DNA of 63,058 nucleotides, the filler included. It is 9 parts of 9 records of this genome, joined end to end, with 100 filler letters (N's around TTAATTAATTAA, not from the genome) between each part and the next. Parts side by side here need not be neighbours in the genome. Positions count along the whole stretch, not along the records: positions 24,604 to 32,056 come from SRR31147125_10771; positions 32,157 to 40,004 come from SRR31147125_10776; positions 40,105 to 46,013 come from SRR31147125_10787; 6 more parts are not named here. The stretch is one strand, 5' to 3'. Below are positions 31,046 through 41,149 of the stretch, piece after piece. The first letter of the stretch is position 1, and each line of letters opens with the position of its first letter. The position numbers and the translations under genes are program-made. The notes beneath the pieces were generated by a model that worked only from the letters and a program-made list of their open reading frames with translations, was not told where the DNA came from and ran no database searches.

Positions 31046-31195
31046 ATGAAAAAGACGGATTTAAAGAGAAATTTTAGACAAGGAGTCGCAAAATTAGCTC
31101 TTAATGTTACTAAATTAAACGTTAATACAAACTGTTTGGGCTATTTACATCAATCAAAACTACCAAAAAGCGCAAAAAAAATGCGTAAATTCTAA
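31046..31195 (+). CDS. agrD: AgrD-like cyclic lactone autoinducer peptide precursor (49 aa)
   Basis: MKKTDLKRNFRQGVAKLALNVTKLNVNTNCLGYLHQSKLPKSAKKMRKF; RBS AAGGAG; C-x4-HQ-x-K-x-P pattern; adjacent to agrB. Confidence 0.88.
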   Translation: MKKTDLKRNFRQGVAKLALNVTKLNVNTNCLGYLHQSKLPKSAKKMRKF

Positions 31196-31204
31196 GGTGA
31201 AGCT

Positions 31205-31786
31205 ATGATTAAGAAATTTGCAGACAATTTAGTGGAAGAGAATCTAATAAATGTCGATGATTATGAATTATATACTTATGGTATGAAAGAAGGATTAATT
31301 CTTCTAGCTAATATCATTACAACAGTTATTATAGGAATTCTACTAAATATGTGGTGGCAAAGCATATTATTTATGCTTGCATATATTCCACTACGCTCGT
31401 TTGCAGGTGGGGCTCATGCTAAAACTCATCTAAGATGCTATTTATCCTCTATTCTAATGACCCTATTAGTGTTGATTTCAATTAAGTACTTACCCCAAAG
31501 TGATGTTGTAACTCTCTTTATAGGATTATTAGCAGGAGCTATTGTATTTATTTTAGCTCCTGTAGAGGATAGTAACAAACCTTTGGACGAATTAGAAATT
31601 AAGGTTTATAAGAAAAAAGCCAGAATTATACTATGTATTGAAATAGTGATTATATCAATACTTATAGTCTTTGATCTTATATATATAGCTAAATGCATGG
31701 CCGTTTCCTTGTTTACATTGGCAATAACTCTTTTAGCTGGAAAGATAAAGAATATGAGAGAAGAAAAATACAAAGTGAAAAATTAA
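31205..31786 (+). CDS. agrB: AgrB accessory gene regulator protease
   Basis: LRSFAGGAHAKTHLRC; APVEDSNKPL. Confidence 0.92.
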   Translation: MIKKFADNLVEENLINVDDYELYTYGMKEGLILLANIITTVIIGILLNMWWQSILFMLAYIPLRSFAGGAHAKTHLRCYLSSILMTLLVLISIKYLPQSDVVTLFIGLLAGAIVFILAPVEDSNKPLDELEIKVYKKKARIILCIEIVIISILIVFDLIYIAKCMAVSLFTLAITLLAGKIKNMREEKYKVKN

Positions 31787-32056
31787 CAAAATAATCAGTA
31801 AATTGCAACATTTATATTGCACCTCTGATATTAGTTAATAACTGATATAGGTAATATATTTTTTTATAGTTATATAGTTAGATTAGATATCATAATCTAT
31901 GTTCTATATTAATTTTAACGAAAGGTGGTGATGATATGTTTATGATTGTATAAAAAAGTCCTTACAAAACCAATGGCTCTCAACCCATCACAGTAATGTG
32001 ATGTAGGCATTGCAAGGACTATAAAAAGGATACCATAAAGTAAGGTTTCATTCAAT

Positions 32057-32156
32057 NNNNNNNNNNNNNNNNNNNNNNNNNNNNNNNNNNNNNNNNNNNN
32101 TTAATTAATTAANNNNNNNNNNNNNNNNNNNNNNNNNNNNNNNNNNNNNNNNNNNN
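32057..32156. other. Artificial contig linker
   Basis: N-run + TTAATTAATTAA + N-run. Confidence 0.98.
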
Positions 32157-32621
32157 CCAATCGAGTTCATCTTCAAAATAGAATTGGTTTAATTGTCGAA
32201 CACCGTGTATTAATGTTTTATCCTTAAATTGTCCGGATTGAAGCATGCTGTAAAAAGGGGCAATTCCTGTTCCTGTGGCAATCCAGAAAGCGGGCTCATT
32301 AGTTCCAATAAAACTCCCATATGGTTTTGATATCAAAATCTTTTCACCAGGAATGAGAGAAGCAAGTTTTGGAGTGAGATAGCCATCTTCTTTAATATTG
32401 AAAAGAACCTTCAGCTCGTTAGCCTGATTGCCACTACAAATACTGTAAATACGTGGCGGTTGCTCGTTATCGATAGCAATTTTAACGACTTGTCCAGCTT
32501 GAAAATCATGTTTCCTTTTAATGGAAAGCAAATATACATCAGGTGATATTTCTTCATTTCCTGTAAGGACTTCTTCAATTAGTTCAATATCTTTTTTCTG
32601 ATATTCCTGAGCTTTAGGCAT
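32157..32621 (-). CDS. Ferredoxin-NADP reductase-like FAD/NAD(P)-binding oxidoreductase (truncated)
   Basis: FQAGQ, RIYSICS, GYLTP, IATGTGIAPF. Confidence 0.88.
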
Positions 32622-32688
32622 AATTCTGTATTTTCATGAAGGTTAACGCAACGATTGGCTTTTAGTTTTCATCTTTTAAAGAAAAATC

Positions 32689-33024
32689 ATGAAGCAGCTT
32701 TTTATTTTGTTGATATTGTTGAATTTTATGGTTTTGGCTTGTAAGGAAAAGGAAGAAGAAAATAAGTTTGAAGCATTTCCAGAATCATTAGAGCAAACCA
32801 TAAATGAGTTGAGGGGCAACGATAGCATGTGTGATATATGTACTGTTGAGATCATCGAGTTTAACGGTGAAAGATATTATCATCTATATTGTCAGATTTG
32901 GTCTTGTATTTATTGTTATGTATATGATGTGGATGGGATTGAAGTTAGTTTTGATCAGGATGATTGGGTGGATTTTATAGAAAATCAAAAAGTGATTCGA
33001 ACTGTTCCAATATGCCAAGACTAA
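32689..33024 (+). CDS. Small Cys-containing lipoprotein
   Basis: Lipobox VLAC followed by KEKEEE; several Cys. Confidence 0.7.
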   Translation: MKQLFILLILLNFMVLACKEKEEENKFEAFPESLEQTINELRGNDSMCDICTVEIIEFNGERYYHLYCQIWSCIYCYVYDVDGIEVSFDQDDWVDFIENQKVIRTVPICQD

Positions 33025-33082
33025 GCTGATTAATTTACAATCAAACTTTTCATTATTTTTGCCTCATAAATTAATAAGGGAT

Positions 33083-33358
33083 ATGCAGTGTGTGGTAAAA
33101 TTTATATTGAAACTATTGGGATGGGTGCTATTGATTCCTGTCTACTTTTATAAATATGCGATTTCCCCAATAACGCCTGCATCGTGTAGGCATGTTCCTA
33201 CCTGTTCTCAATATGCATTGGAGGCAGTGAAAATACACGGACCTTTTAAAGGATTTTGGCTAGCAACAAAACGAATTGCCAAATGTCACCCTTGGGGCAC
33301 TCATGGCTATGATCCGGTTCCAGATAAAGATCAGATCAATGTAAAAAAATCAATCTAA
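33083..33358 (+). CDS. yidD: Membrane protein insertion efficiency factor YidD (start approximate)
   Basis: [32 protein letters not shown]. Confidence 0.93.
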   Translation: MQCVVKFILKLLGWVLLIPVYFYKYAISPITPASCRHVPTCSQYALEAVKIHGPFKGFWLATKRIAKCHPWGTHGYDPVPDKDQINVKKSI

Positions 33359-33468
33359 AAAAGTAATCGTTTCAGGTTTTAAACAAACATTTCAACAAAA
33401 GATAGCTTTGATGGTTACTTCAAACGTTACCGTTTAACTATATTTGAAAAAAGATTTATCAAAAGATC

Positions 33469-34329
33469 ATGAGAAAAGTTTTATTCATTTTATTGTTGTT
33501 TGTTGTTTCTTGTGGAACACAAAAGAAATCCGATAAGCCAAACCTTACCGTAAGTATCTATCCTCAGAAATATTTTGTTGAAAAAATAGCAGGTGATTTT
33601 TTAGATGTTGATGTTCTCATCCCTCCTGGAGCCAGTCCAGCAACGTATGAATTGTTGCCAACACAAATGAAAGCGTTATCAAAATCGGCAGCATGGTTAC
33701 GTATTGGGCATATTGCTTTTGAGGCCGGATGGCATGATAAGATAAGCAAGGCAAATAGCAATTTGAAAATATATGATACTTCGTTATCTGTAAATTTGGT
33801 TGCAGCTAAAAAAATAATGCATGGAGATCATGTTCATTTAAATGGTGTTGATCCGCATATTTGGATGTCTCCCAAAGAAGTGAAGAATATTGCAAGGCTT
33901 TCGTTTGAGGCATTAGTTGAGCTTTTTCCTGAGATGGAAGAAACATTTAAAAAGAACCATGATGCTTTTCAGCAGGAAGTTGATGAGTTGGATAAGAACT
34001 TTGTGACAAAGTTTGAGAATATTGGAAACCGTAAATTTTTAATATTCCATCCCTCTTTTACATACCTTGCCCGTGATTATGGATTAGAGCAAATTACCGT
34101 TGAGGTTCAGGGGAAAGATCCTTCTCCAAAATATATGAGTGAGTTAATTGATATTGCAAAGAAGAATAATCTTAAAGTAATTTTTATTCAAAAAGAGTTT
34201 GATCGGGGAAATGCGAATCAGCTTGCTAAAGAAATTGGAGCTAATGTTGTTCAGCTTGATCCGTTAACTGAGAATTGGGGAGCACAAATGCTAGTTATTG
34301 CAGACAAAATTGTTGAATTTTCGAAATGA
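33469..34329 (+). CDS. znuA: Zn/Mn ABC transporter substrate-binding lipoprotein
   Basis: Lipobox VVSC; His-rich loop, DPHIWMSP, FHPSF. Confidence 0.88.
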   Translation: MRKVLFILLLFVVSCGTQKKSDKPNLTVSIYPQKYFVEKIAGDFLDVDVLIPPGASPATYELLPTQMKALSKSAAWLRIGHIAFEAGWHDKISKANSNLKIYDTSLSVNLVAAKKIMHGDHVHLNGVDPHIWMSPKEVKNIARLSFEALVELFPEMEETFKKNHDAFQQEVDELDKNFVTKFENIGNRKFLIFHPSFTYLARDYGLEQITVEVQGKDPSPKYMSELIDIAKKNNLKVIFIQKEFDRGNANQLAKEIGANVVQLDPLTENWGAQMLVIADKIVEFSK

Positions 34330-35084
34330 TCCAGAAACTCCTTGAAATAAATAATCTTAAAGTCCGGTTTGATCAGGAGCTTATTCTAGATCAAGTTAAT
34401 TTTGAAGTCAATCAAGGTGATTTTATTGGAATGATTGGTCCTAATGGAGGAGGGAAAACAACATTAATTAAAGCGATATTGGGATTAGTAGAGCCAACAG
34501 CTGGCGAAATTGAGTTTAATATTCTTGCCAATAAGCTTGGCTATTTACCCCAGATTAATCAAATAGATAAACGATTTCCGATTACCGTTTTGGATGTGGT
34601 TCGTTCTGGAAAATCTAGTGGGAACAAACTGAATTGGTTCAAAAATAATCGTACAGACATAAAGTACGCTGAAAGCTTATTGGAAGAGATGGGAATTATT
34701 CAATTAAGAAACAAAGCAATTGGGGAACTTTCCGGAGGACAAATGCAGCGTGTTTTTCTTTGTAGGTCTTTAATGAACCAACCCGAACTTTTAATATTGG
34801 ACGAGCCAGAAACGTTTGTAGATAATCAGTTTGAAAATGAATTGTATGAAAAGCTTCGTGAGTTAAATAAGAAGATGGCTATCATATTGGTTTCGCATGA
34901 TGTGGGCACCATTTCATATTACGTAAAAACAATTGCATGTGTAAATCTTCATTTACATTATCATCCGAGCAATGTTATATCAACAGAGCAGCTTGCGTCA
35001 TATAATTGTCCCTTGCAGATTATTACTCACGGAGATATTCCTCATACTGTTTTAAGTAATCATGACCATGAACAGCATCATTGA
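34326..35084 (+). CDS. znuC: Metal ABC transporter ATPase
   Basis: GPNGGGKTT, LSGGQ, LILDEP, VSHD; His-rich tail. Confidence 0.9.
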   Translation: MIQKLLEINNLKVRFDQELILDQVNFEVNQGDFIGMIGPNGGGKTTLIKAILGLVEPTAGEIEFNILANKLGYLPQINQIDKRFPITVLDVVRSGKSSGNKLNWFKNNRTDIKYAESLLEEMGIIQLRNKAIGELSGGQMQRVFLCRSLMNQPELLILDEPETFVDNQFENELYEKLRELNKKMAIILVSHDVGTISYYVKTIACVNLHLHYHPSNVISTEQLASYNCPLQIITHGDIPHTVLSNHDHEQHH

Positions 35085-35901
35085 TTTATTTTCATATGAC
35101 TTTTTTATACATGCTTTGTGGGCATCTTTTTTTGCTGCACTTAGTTGTGGAATTGTAGGAACTTATATTGTTTCACGAAGGATTGTTTTTGTGAGTGGAG
35201 GTATTACGCATTCTTCTTTTGGAGGAATTGGAATTGGTTATTTTCTGGGATGGAACCCACTTCTAGGTGCTGTTGTTTTTGCTGTATTATCAGCTTTAGG
35301 CATTCAGTTTTTTGCTCAAAAAGCAAAGGTTCGAGAAGATTCCAGTATTGCAATTTGGTGGTCTCTAGGAATGGCAATCGGAATTATATTTATTTATATG
35401 ACCCCCGGTTATGCACCAAACTTAATGAGTTATCTGTTTGGTTCAATACTTACCGTAACAATTACAGAAATTTGGTTAATGGCAGCTCTATCAGCTGTTC
35501 TCTTATTGATTTTCCTTTTGTTTTATCGAACCATTTTATATGTTGCTTTCGATGAGGATTTTGCAAGAACAACAGGGCTTCCAGTTAGTCTGATTAATTA
35601 TTTACTGATTAGTTTAATTGCAGTAACCATTGTGCTAAATATCCGGGTTGTAGGTATTATCCTTATTTTATCTTTGCTTACCCTACCGCAGGCAACAGCT
35701 AATTTATTTACTAAAGATTTTAAGAAAATGATTGGTTTCTCAACCCTGTTCGCATTTTTAGGATCATTTATTGGCTTGCTGGTTTCGTTTTATGTCGATA
35801 TACCTTCTGGAGCATCAATTATTTTCATCCTGGTTGTTTTATTTGCATTAATGAAAACCGTGTCTGTTTTTAGAGCAAAGCTTAAACTCAAAAATGTATA
35901 A
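35062..35901 (+). CDS. znuB: Metal ABC transporter permease
   Basis: GGITHSSFGG, SYLFGSIL, FDEDFA. Confidence 0.9.
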   Translation: MTMNSIIDLFSYDFFIHALWASFFAALSCGIVGTYIVSRRIVFVSGGITHSSFGGIGIGYFLGWNPLLGAVVFAVLSALGIQFFAQKAKVREDSSIAIWWSLGMAIGIIFIYMTPGYAPNLMSYLFGSILTVTITEIWLMAALSAVLLLIFLLFYRTILYVAFDEDFARTTGLPVSLINYLLISLIAVTIVLNIRVVGIILILSLLTLPQATANLFTKDFKKMIGFSTLFAFLGSFIGLLVSFYVDIPSGASIIFILVVLFALMKTVSVFRAKLKLKNV

Positions 35902-36177
35902 GCAAGAGGAAATACTAATTTGTGAGCACTGCAGAGGGGCGTTTGAAAAAGGAAGCTTACAGCGGGATTGTGGAAATTGTTTTGCATGTACCGGATGCGA
36001 GATATACATTTGTCCGAATTGCAGACATGAGATTGTTGTTAAGCCTTACAAATCAATTAACAATAAAAAGTAAAATCAATTCTTCTGAACTGAATTTCAT
36101 AATAATTTAAGTTTGCATTTGTGAATTTTTTACAGAAGAAGTTTTAAGTTTGCTGTCGGAAACTTAACCTATCTAAC

Positions 36178-37290
36178 ATGAAGTTACTAAATCTGATACT
36201 ACTTTGCTTCTTTTCTCTCATTTCAAATAATATTTTTTCACAAAATAGAACAGAGATAAATATCCCGGATATTCCCGGATATTCCACTCTGAAATGTGAT
36301 TTTCATATGCATACTGTTTTTTCTGATGGTGATGTTTGGCCAACGGTAAGAGTTCAGGAAGCTTGGCTCGAAGGGCTAGATGCAATTTCAATTACTGATC
36401 ATATTGAGTATCGTCCACATTCTCAGGATATCAATGCAGACCATAATCGATCATATGAACTAGCAAAGCCATTAGCTGATCGACTTGATATTATTTTAGT
36501 TAAAGGAGCCGAAATTACACGAGCTATGCCTCCAGGGCATTTAAATGCACTCTTTATTACTAATGCAAATTTGCTTGAGCGTGAAGAATGGTGGGAAGTT
36601 TGTCAAGAGGCTAAAGATCAGGGAGCTTTTGTTTTATGGAATCATCCGGGCTGGAAAGCTCAGCAACCAGATACCACCCTTTGGTGGGATGAGCATACCC
36701 GTCTTTACGATGAAGGAATATTGCAAGGAATAGAATTGTTTAATGATTCAGAATTTTATCCTGAGGCTTTAAAATGGGCTAAAGAAAAAGACCTAACGGT
36801 ATTTGCGAATTCAGACGTTCATGGCTCATCAACCCTGACTTTTAATAATGGCAAAGAACGCCCACTTACTTTGGTTTTTGTAACAGAAACTTCAGTAGAA
36901 GGGATAAAAGAGGCGATGATAGACAGGCGGACTGTCGCTTATTTCGACAAACTGTTGATTGGAGACCAAAAATATTTGATACCCTTATTTTTCAACTCAT
37001 TGAATATAGCCGATAAACCAATGGCGTTAAAAAACCATGAGGTAAAGCGCATGCTAATTAAAAATGAAAGCGATGTTCCTTTTAAACTAAAACAGCGGCA
37101 ACCTTCAATCGGGTTTAATTGTCCGGAGCAAATTACAATTGAAGCAAATAGAACTGTTTTAATCGAGCTGGAAGGTGTGTCGGATAACCTTGAAAATGTT
37201 AGCGTATTAAGGATGTACTACGAAGTAGAAAACCTGAAAACTCTTTCAGGAGAATCTCTTCCAGTTGATATTGAAGTAGCCAATAAATAA
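36178..37290 (+). CDS. Secreted PHP-domain phosphoesterase
   Basis: DFHMHT, SDG, TDH, GHLN, NHPGW, NSDVH. Confidence 0.88.
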   Translation: MKLLNLILLCFFSLISNNIFSQNRTEINIPDIPGYSTLKCDFHMHTVFSDGDVWPTVRVQEAWLEGLDAISITDHIEYRPHSQDINADHNRSYELAKPLADRLDIILVKGAEITRAMPPGHLNALFITNANLLEREEWWEVCQEAKDQGAFVLWNHPGWKAQQPDTTLWWDEHTRLYDEGILQGIELFNDSEFYPEALKWAKEKDLTVFANSDVHGSSTLTFNNGKERPLTLVFVTETSVEGIKEAMIDRRTVAYFDKLLIGDQKYLIPLFFNSLNIADKPMALKNHEVKRMLIKNESDVPFKLKQRQPSIGFNCPEQITIEANRTVLIELEGVSDNLENVSVLRMYYEVENLKTLSGESLPVDIEVANK

Positions 37291-37291
37291 A

Positions 37292-37315
37292 GAAGCGGTG
37301 GGAATCCACCGCTTC
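37292..37315 (+). terminator. Hairpin after the PHP gene
   Basis: GAAGCGGTGG-GAAT-CCACCGCTTC. Confidence 0.65.
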
Positions 37316-37543
37316 ACTCTAAACAAACAACTAAAATTACCTTGAGAACTTTGCATTTTAATCAACCAATCAACCCTACTAAGTCATAAAACAAACGCTA
37401 AAACGCAAAGTATAATGTTAAATACGTTTGTGCTATCCATTTTGTTTCAACTTTTTAGATGTTTTAACAGTTTTTATCTAGATATCCAGATGTTTGATTG
37501 TTTTTCATCTTAAAGTTTCATTAAAGAATTTTAAGTTGAAGGC

Positions 37544-38235
37544 TTACAGCTTCTGATAGTATTGTGTAATTATTCCAATTATTGATGTTGAGTTCCAAAG
37601 AATATGAATAGCAAAAACGATCCAGAAATTTCTTTTTTCTGGTATATGTATGCTAACATAAATGCAGAAGGTAATAAGGCAATAATATTAGTGCTTGTAA
37701 AAATGTGCATTATGCTCCACGATAAACCATTAATAAGCCAGGTATACTTTCCGTAGAGTTTGTATTGCAACTCGAAAAGATATATTCTAAAAAATAATTC
37801 TTCAGCAAAAACACCCATCACAACAAATACAAAAGCAAATAATATAATTGTAATCCTATTTCCATAAAATTGTTCCGGACTTAGCGAAATAGGCTTAAAT
37901 AGAATACTGCCTAATTCAATATCTTGAATAAAATCAACTTCTATTAAAACTGAATAGGATAATTTACCTGCAATAAAAATGGCTAGTACAACAGGCAAAT
38001 GTTTTATCGTAAGTCTGTTTTTTAGCGGTGTAATCAGATCTCTGAATCTATTCTTTTGGAAATCAGTTAATTTATAGCTCGCAAATAGTAGAATTATCAT
38101 GAATGCAAATAAATTTATCATTTGTCCAATGACAAACCCATTATTGAGAGTTGAAATATTACTCACAACATAATTTGTAATAAATGACAACGCAATTATT
38201 GCCAATAAATCAAAAAGCCAATTATTCTTTTTCAT
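37544..38235 (-). CDS. CPBP (Abi/CAAX) intramembrane protease; frameshift at T6 37633-37638
   Basis: EELFFR, WSIMH; restoring one A gives QKKRNFWIVFAIHILWN (HxxxN motif) with stop at 37544. Confidence 0.82.
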
Positions 38236-38264
38236 TTTTAATATTTCAAAATTCCACATAGAGT

Positions 38265-39758
38265 CTAGTTAAATTCTGTCGTTTTTGATTTAGGCTTATT
38301 GCTTAGTTTTTGATCTATATCATCTTTATAGGATGAAACCTGAATTTCTTGACCACTTAAAGTAGACCATGGAATGTGCAGGCTGAAAGAAGAATTCTCT
38401 AGATGTTTCCCATTTTTAAAATGAATTGCATAAAAGCCAATATTCTCATGCTTTCCGGAGAAACTATATCCTTTTGTTGGAGAACATTCTAGCTTTACTT
38501 CTCTCTTTTTGTGAATGGAAATAAGTTTGCCATTTTTTTTGAAGTGAAATGTAGCTTCTTTGCTTTGGTGCATAACTTGATTAATTAAGGTTCTTTGTTG
38601 AGAAAATGAATTAAGAAATTTGAATTTATTTTTATTGCTTTCATTAATAGTCTCGGTAAAACTTTTATCAAATAGAAATTCATTGATCCCAATGAGTGTG
38701 TCTCCTGGCAAGATGCATTTTTCACATTCTCCTATCTCGATAGCTTCTACTGTAATTGGAGAGTTATTGGAAAAATGAAAGCCAAAAGAATTTATGCGTG
38801 TATATAAAAATTCCAAAAAAGATATGGGAACATCTTCAATTTGAGGTTTTAAGAAGTTAAGACCGAAAGCATTAGATGGCAGCTCAAAATATAAATTTTT
38901 ATTCTCATAATCAATCAAGACGGATTTGAACCGTCTCATGAAAATTGTGCCGACAAGATTCCTTCGAGATTTCACGTCATGTGTAATGCCTATATTCAAG
39001 AATTTTTTCTCACCTAAAACAAAGTCAGAAACATGAAAATTGACCGTATCGCAGGAGTACAGTTTGTTAACTTTGAAAATGCTATTAGATGGTTGGATCC
39101 AGAGTGCTCCCTTGTTTTTGTCAAGAGTAGACTTGTGTGTTTCTTGATCTATCATAAGTTCGAGATTATATCCAGAATCTAATTTAAAATCGACATTATG
39201 ATTTGAAACTGTAGCATTAAACAGTATTGAATTGTGTTGATGGTGAAAAGGAACTTTAATCCCATCTTTTTGTATGTCTTTTGATTTTGAATAAAGTATG
39301 ATCTTCTTGCTGGTGTTATCTATTTTCACGCAAAAATTACGTAAAATATCACTGCCGATTATCCCTTGTATGTTATCAATAGGTATCTGAAACTGTCCGT
39401 AGCTAAAGTCACTAATCTGAAGGTTTCCCCATGTTAGTTGATTCAGTTTTACTTCATTGATAGTTTTTTTTATTCCAGACAAGTCAGTAATTAGAATACT
39501 ATCCCCAGTATCATTCCCCTTAATGTTATATGGAATAATACTTTTATCAGCTCCAGTGTCAATCAGAAACTGCATGGTATCATTCTTTATAATAACTTCG
39601 GAAACGATCATGCCATCTAATGAATAGTTAAATGGAATTGTTGTGATATTGCAATTTGGAGGAAAGTCGATGGAGGGTGAGCTGGTGCAACTTATCAGTT
39701 CAGTGAGGATAAAGCCAGTAAGTACTATTTTAGAAATACTAATTCTTTTTCTTTTCAT
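38265..39758 (-). CDS. Lipoprotein with twin retropepsin-like aspartyl protease domains and PDZ-like region
   Basis: Lipobox LISC; FLIDTGA...GIIGSD; FKLDSGY...LVGT; PGDTLIGIN. Confidence 0.8.
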   Translation of the reverse strand: MKRKRISISKIVLTGFILTELISCTSSPSIDFPPNCNITTIPFNYSLDGMIVSEVIIKNDTMQFLIDTGADKSIIPYNIKGNDTGDSILITDLSGIKKTINEVKLNQLTWGNLQISDFSYGQFQIPIDNIQGIIGSDILRNFCVKIDNTSKKIILYSKSKDIQKDGIKVPFHHQHNSILFNATVSNHNVDFKLDSGYNLELMIDQETHKSTLDKNKGALWIQPSNSIFKVNKLYSCDTVNFHVSDFVLGEKKFLNIGITHDVKSRRNLVGTIFMRRFKSVLIDYENKNLYFELPSNAFGLNFLKPQIEDVPISFLEFLYTRINSFGFHFSNNSPITVEAIEIGECEKCILPGDTLIGINEFLFDKSFTETINESNKNKFKFLNSFSQQRTLINQVMHQSKEATFHFKKNGKLISIHKKREVKLECSPTKGYSFSGKHENIGFYAIHFKNGKHLENSSFSLHIPWSTLSGQEIQVSSYKDDIDQKLSNKPKSKTTEFN

Positions 39759-40004
39759 TAGTTAACTATATATCAGTTTCTACTTCATGTAGATTTGAAT
39801 CTATAATCTGACATGAATCTATTGGGTTAATTTAGTCTAGTAATTGATCCGGATTAAGGCAGAAATTGACATAAGTAGTCTATTCTTAAACCTAGTCTTG
39901 TTTTCTATACATTCTAATTTAAACTTATACTCATAAGGAGTGCTTGTTTCTCACTCCAGGCACTAATTTAATTCGTCAGTCTTGCTTGACTTTTTCGATA
40001 TTTT

Positions 40005-40104
40005 NNNNNNNNNNNNNNNNNNNNNNNNNNNNNNNNNNNNNNNNNNNNTTAATTAATTAANNNNNNNNNNNNNNNNNNNNNNNNNNNNNNNNNNNNNNNN
40101 NNNN
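40005..40104. other. Artificial contig linker
   Basis: N-run + TTAATTAATTAA + N-run. Confidence 0.98.
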
Positions 40105-40213
40105 TTCCTTAACAGATTTTAACCGGCCTTTAACGGACTGATTGATAGTTTGGAACGTATATTTGTTTCGGAATATTAACAGAAAAGAATAATCAATATT
40201 AAATAAGAAAAAA

Positions 40214-41089
40214 ATGAAACGAATTTTATCACTCACCGGAATTTTAGCCCTTGCAATTTTATTTACATCTGCCATTTCTATTGGAGAATTACCACAAGAT
40301 CCGCCAACAAAAAAAGGCAAGAAGCACATTAAAATGGTAAAGGTTGACGACGATGGAAAGAAAATGGAAATTGATACCGTAATTGCAGCCGACGAAATTT
40401 TTATTTGGAACGGAGATACGCTTGGAGGCGGAAATGATTTTAGCAAAGCTATGGAGAAATTGCAGGATTTAAATATCGATCTGAATTTCGACATGGATTT
40501 TGACAAAGATGGAAACATGTTTGTTTTTAAGGGTGATGGCGACTCTGCAAAACAAATCCGTATGAAAGTAATGGTTGATGACGATTGTGAAGACATTGAC
40601 ATTATGAAATGGCACGATAAAGGCGACAACGATTTTATTTTCAAGTCACCAAATTCGGCGCATGCACCACATATTATTCGCATTGACAAACAAAAAGGAA
40701 ATGTAATTGATTTAAGCGACCCGGGAATTATTTCGTACCAGAAAAAAGACATAAAAGACGGGAAAGAAAAAATTGTAATTATTCGCGAAAAACCTTCGGA
40801 AGAAGAAGTAGAAGTACACGAAGAAATTATTATTCATAGTGACCACAACACTCCGGCGTTTATTCACGAAGGTCATCCACAAAAAGCAAAAAAGATTAAG
40901 GTAATTACCGGCGACGAAGGTAAAATAGAAATTTTTGAAGATGGCGAAATTTGGAGCGTTGATGAAATGGAAGAAGGTACCAAAGTGATTGAAAAAGACG
41001 GCAAAAAAATCATCATCAAAAAAATTAAAGAAGGCGACGAGATGAAGGTAAACGTTGAGGTTGAGGAAGAAATTGAAGAAGAAAAATAA
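40214..41089 (+). CDS. Secreted hypothetical protein, K/D/E/I-rich
   Basis: Signal peptide; quasi-repeats KMVKVDDDGK, KIKVITGDEGK, KVIEKDGKKIIIKK. Confidence 0.75.
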   Translation: MKRILSLTGILALAILFTSAISIGELPQDPPTKKGKKHIKMVKVDDDGKKMEIDTVIAADEIFIWNGDTLGGGNDFSKAMEKLQDLNIDLNFDMDFDKDGNMFVFKGDGDSAKQIRMKVMVDDDCEDIDIMKWHDKGDNDFIFKSPNSAHAPHIIRIDKQKGNVIDLSDPGIISYQKKDIKDGKEKIVIIREKPSEEEVEVHEEIIIHSDHNTPAFIHEGHPQKAKKIKVITGDEGKIEIFEDGEIWSVDEMEEGTKVIEKDGKKIIIKKIKEGDEMKVNVEVEEEIEEEK

Positions 41090-41149
41090 TTAAACAGCGT
41101 AACAGATTTGAAAGGCCGGTGCAATTTTTTGTGCCGGTTTTTTTGTAAA

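Noticed and set aside
40057-40752. 231-aa antisense ORF and similar Ser/Phe/Ile-rich antisense ORFs throughout
   Set aside because: Antisense shadows of genuine genes caused by codon bias.
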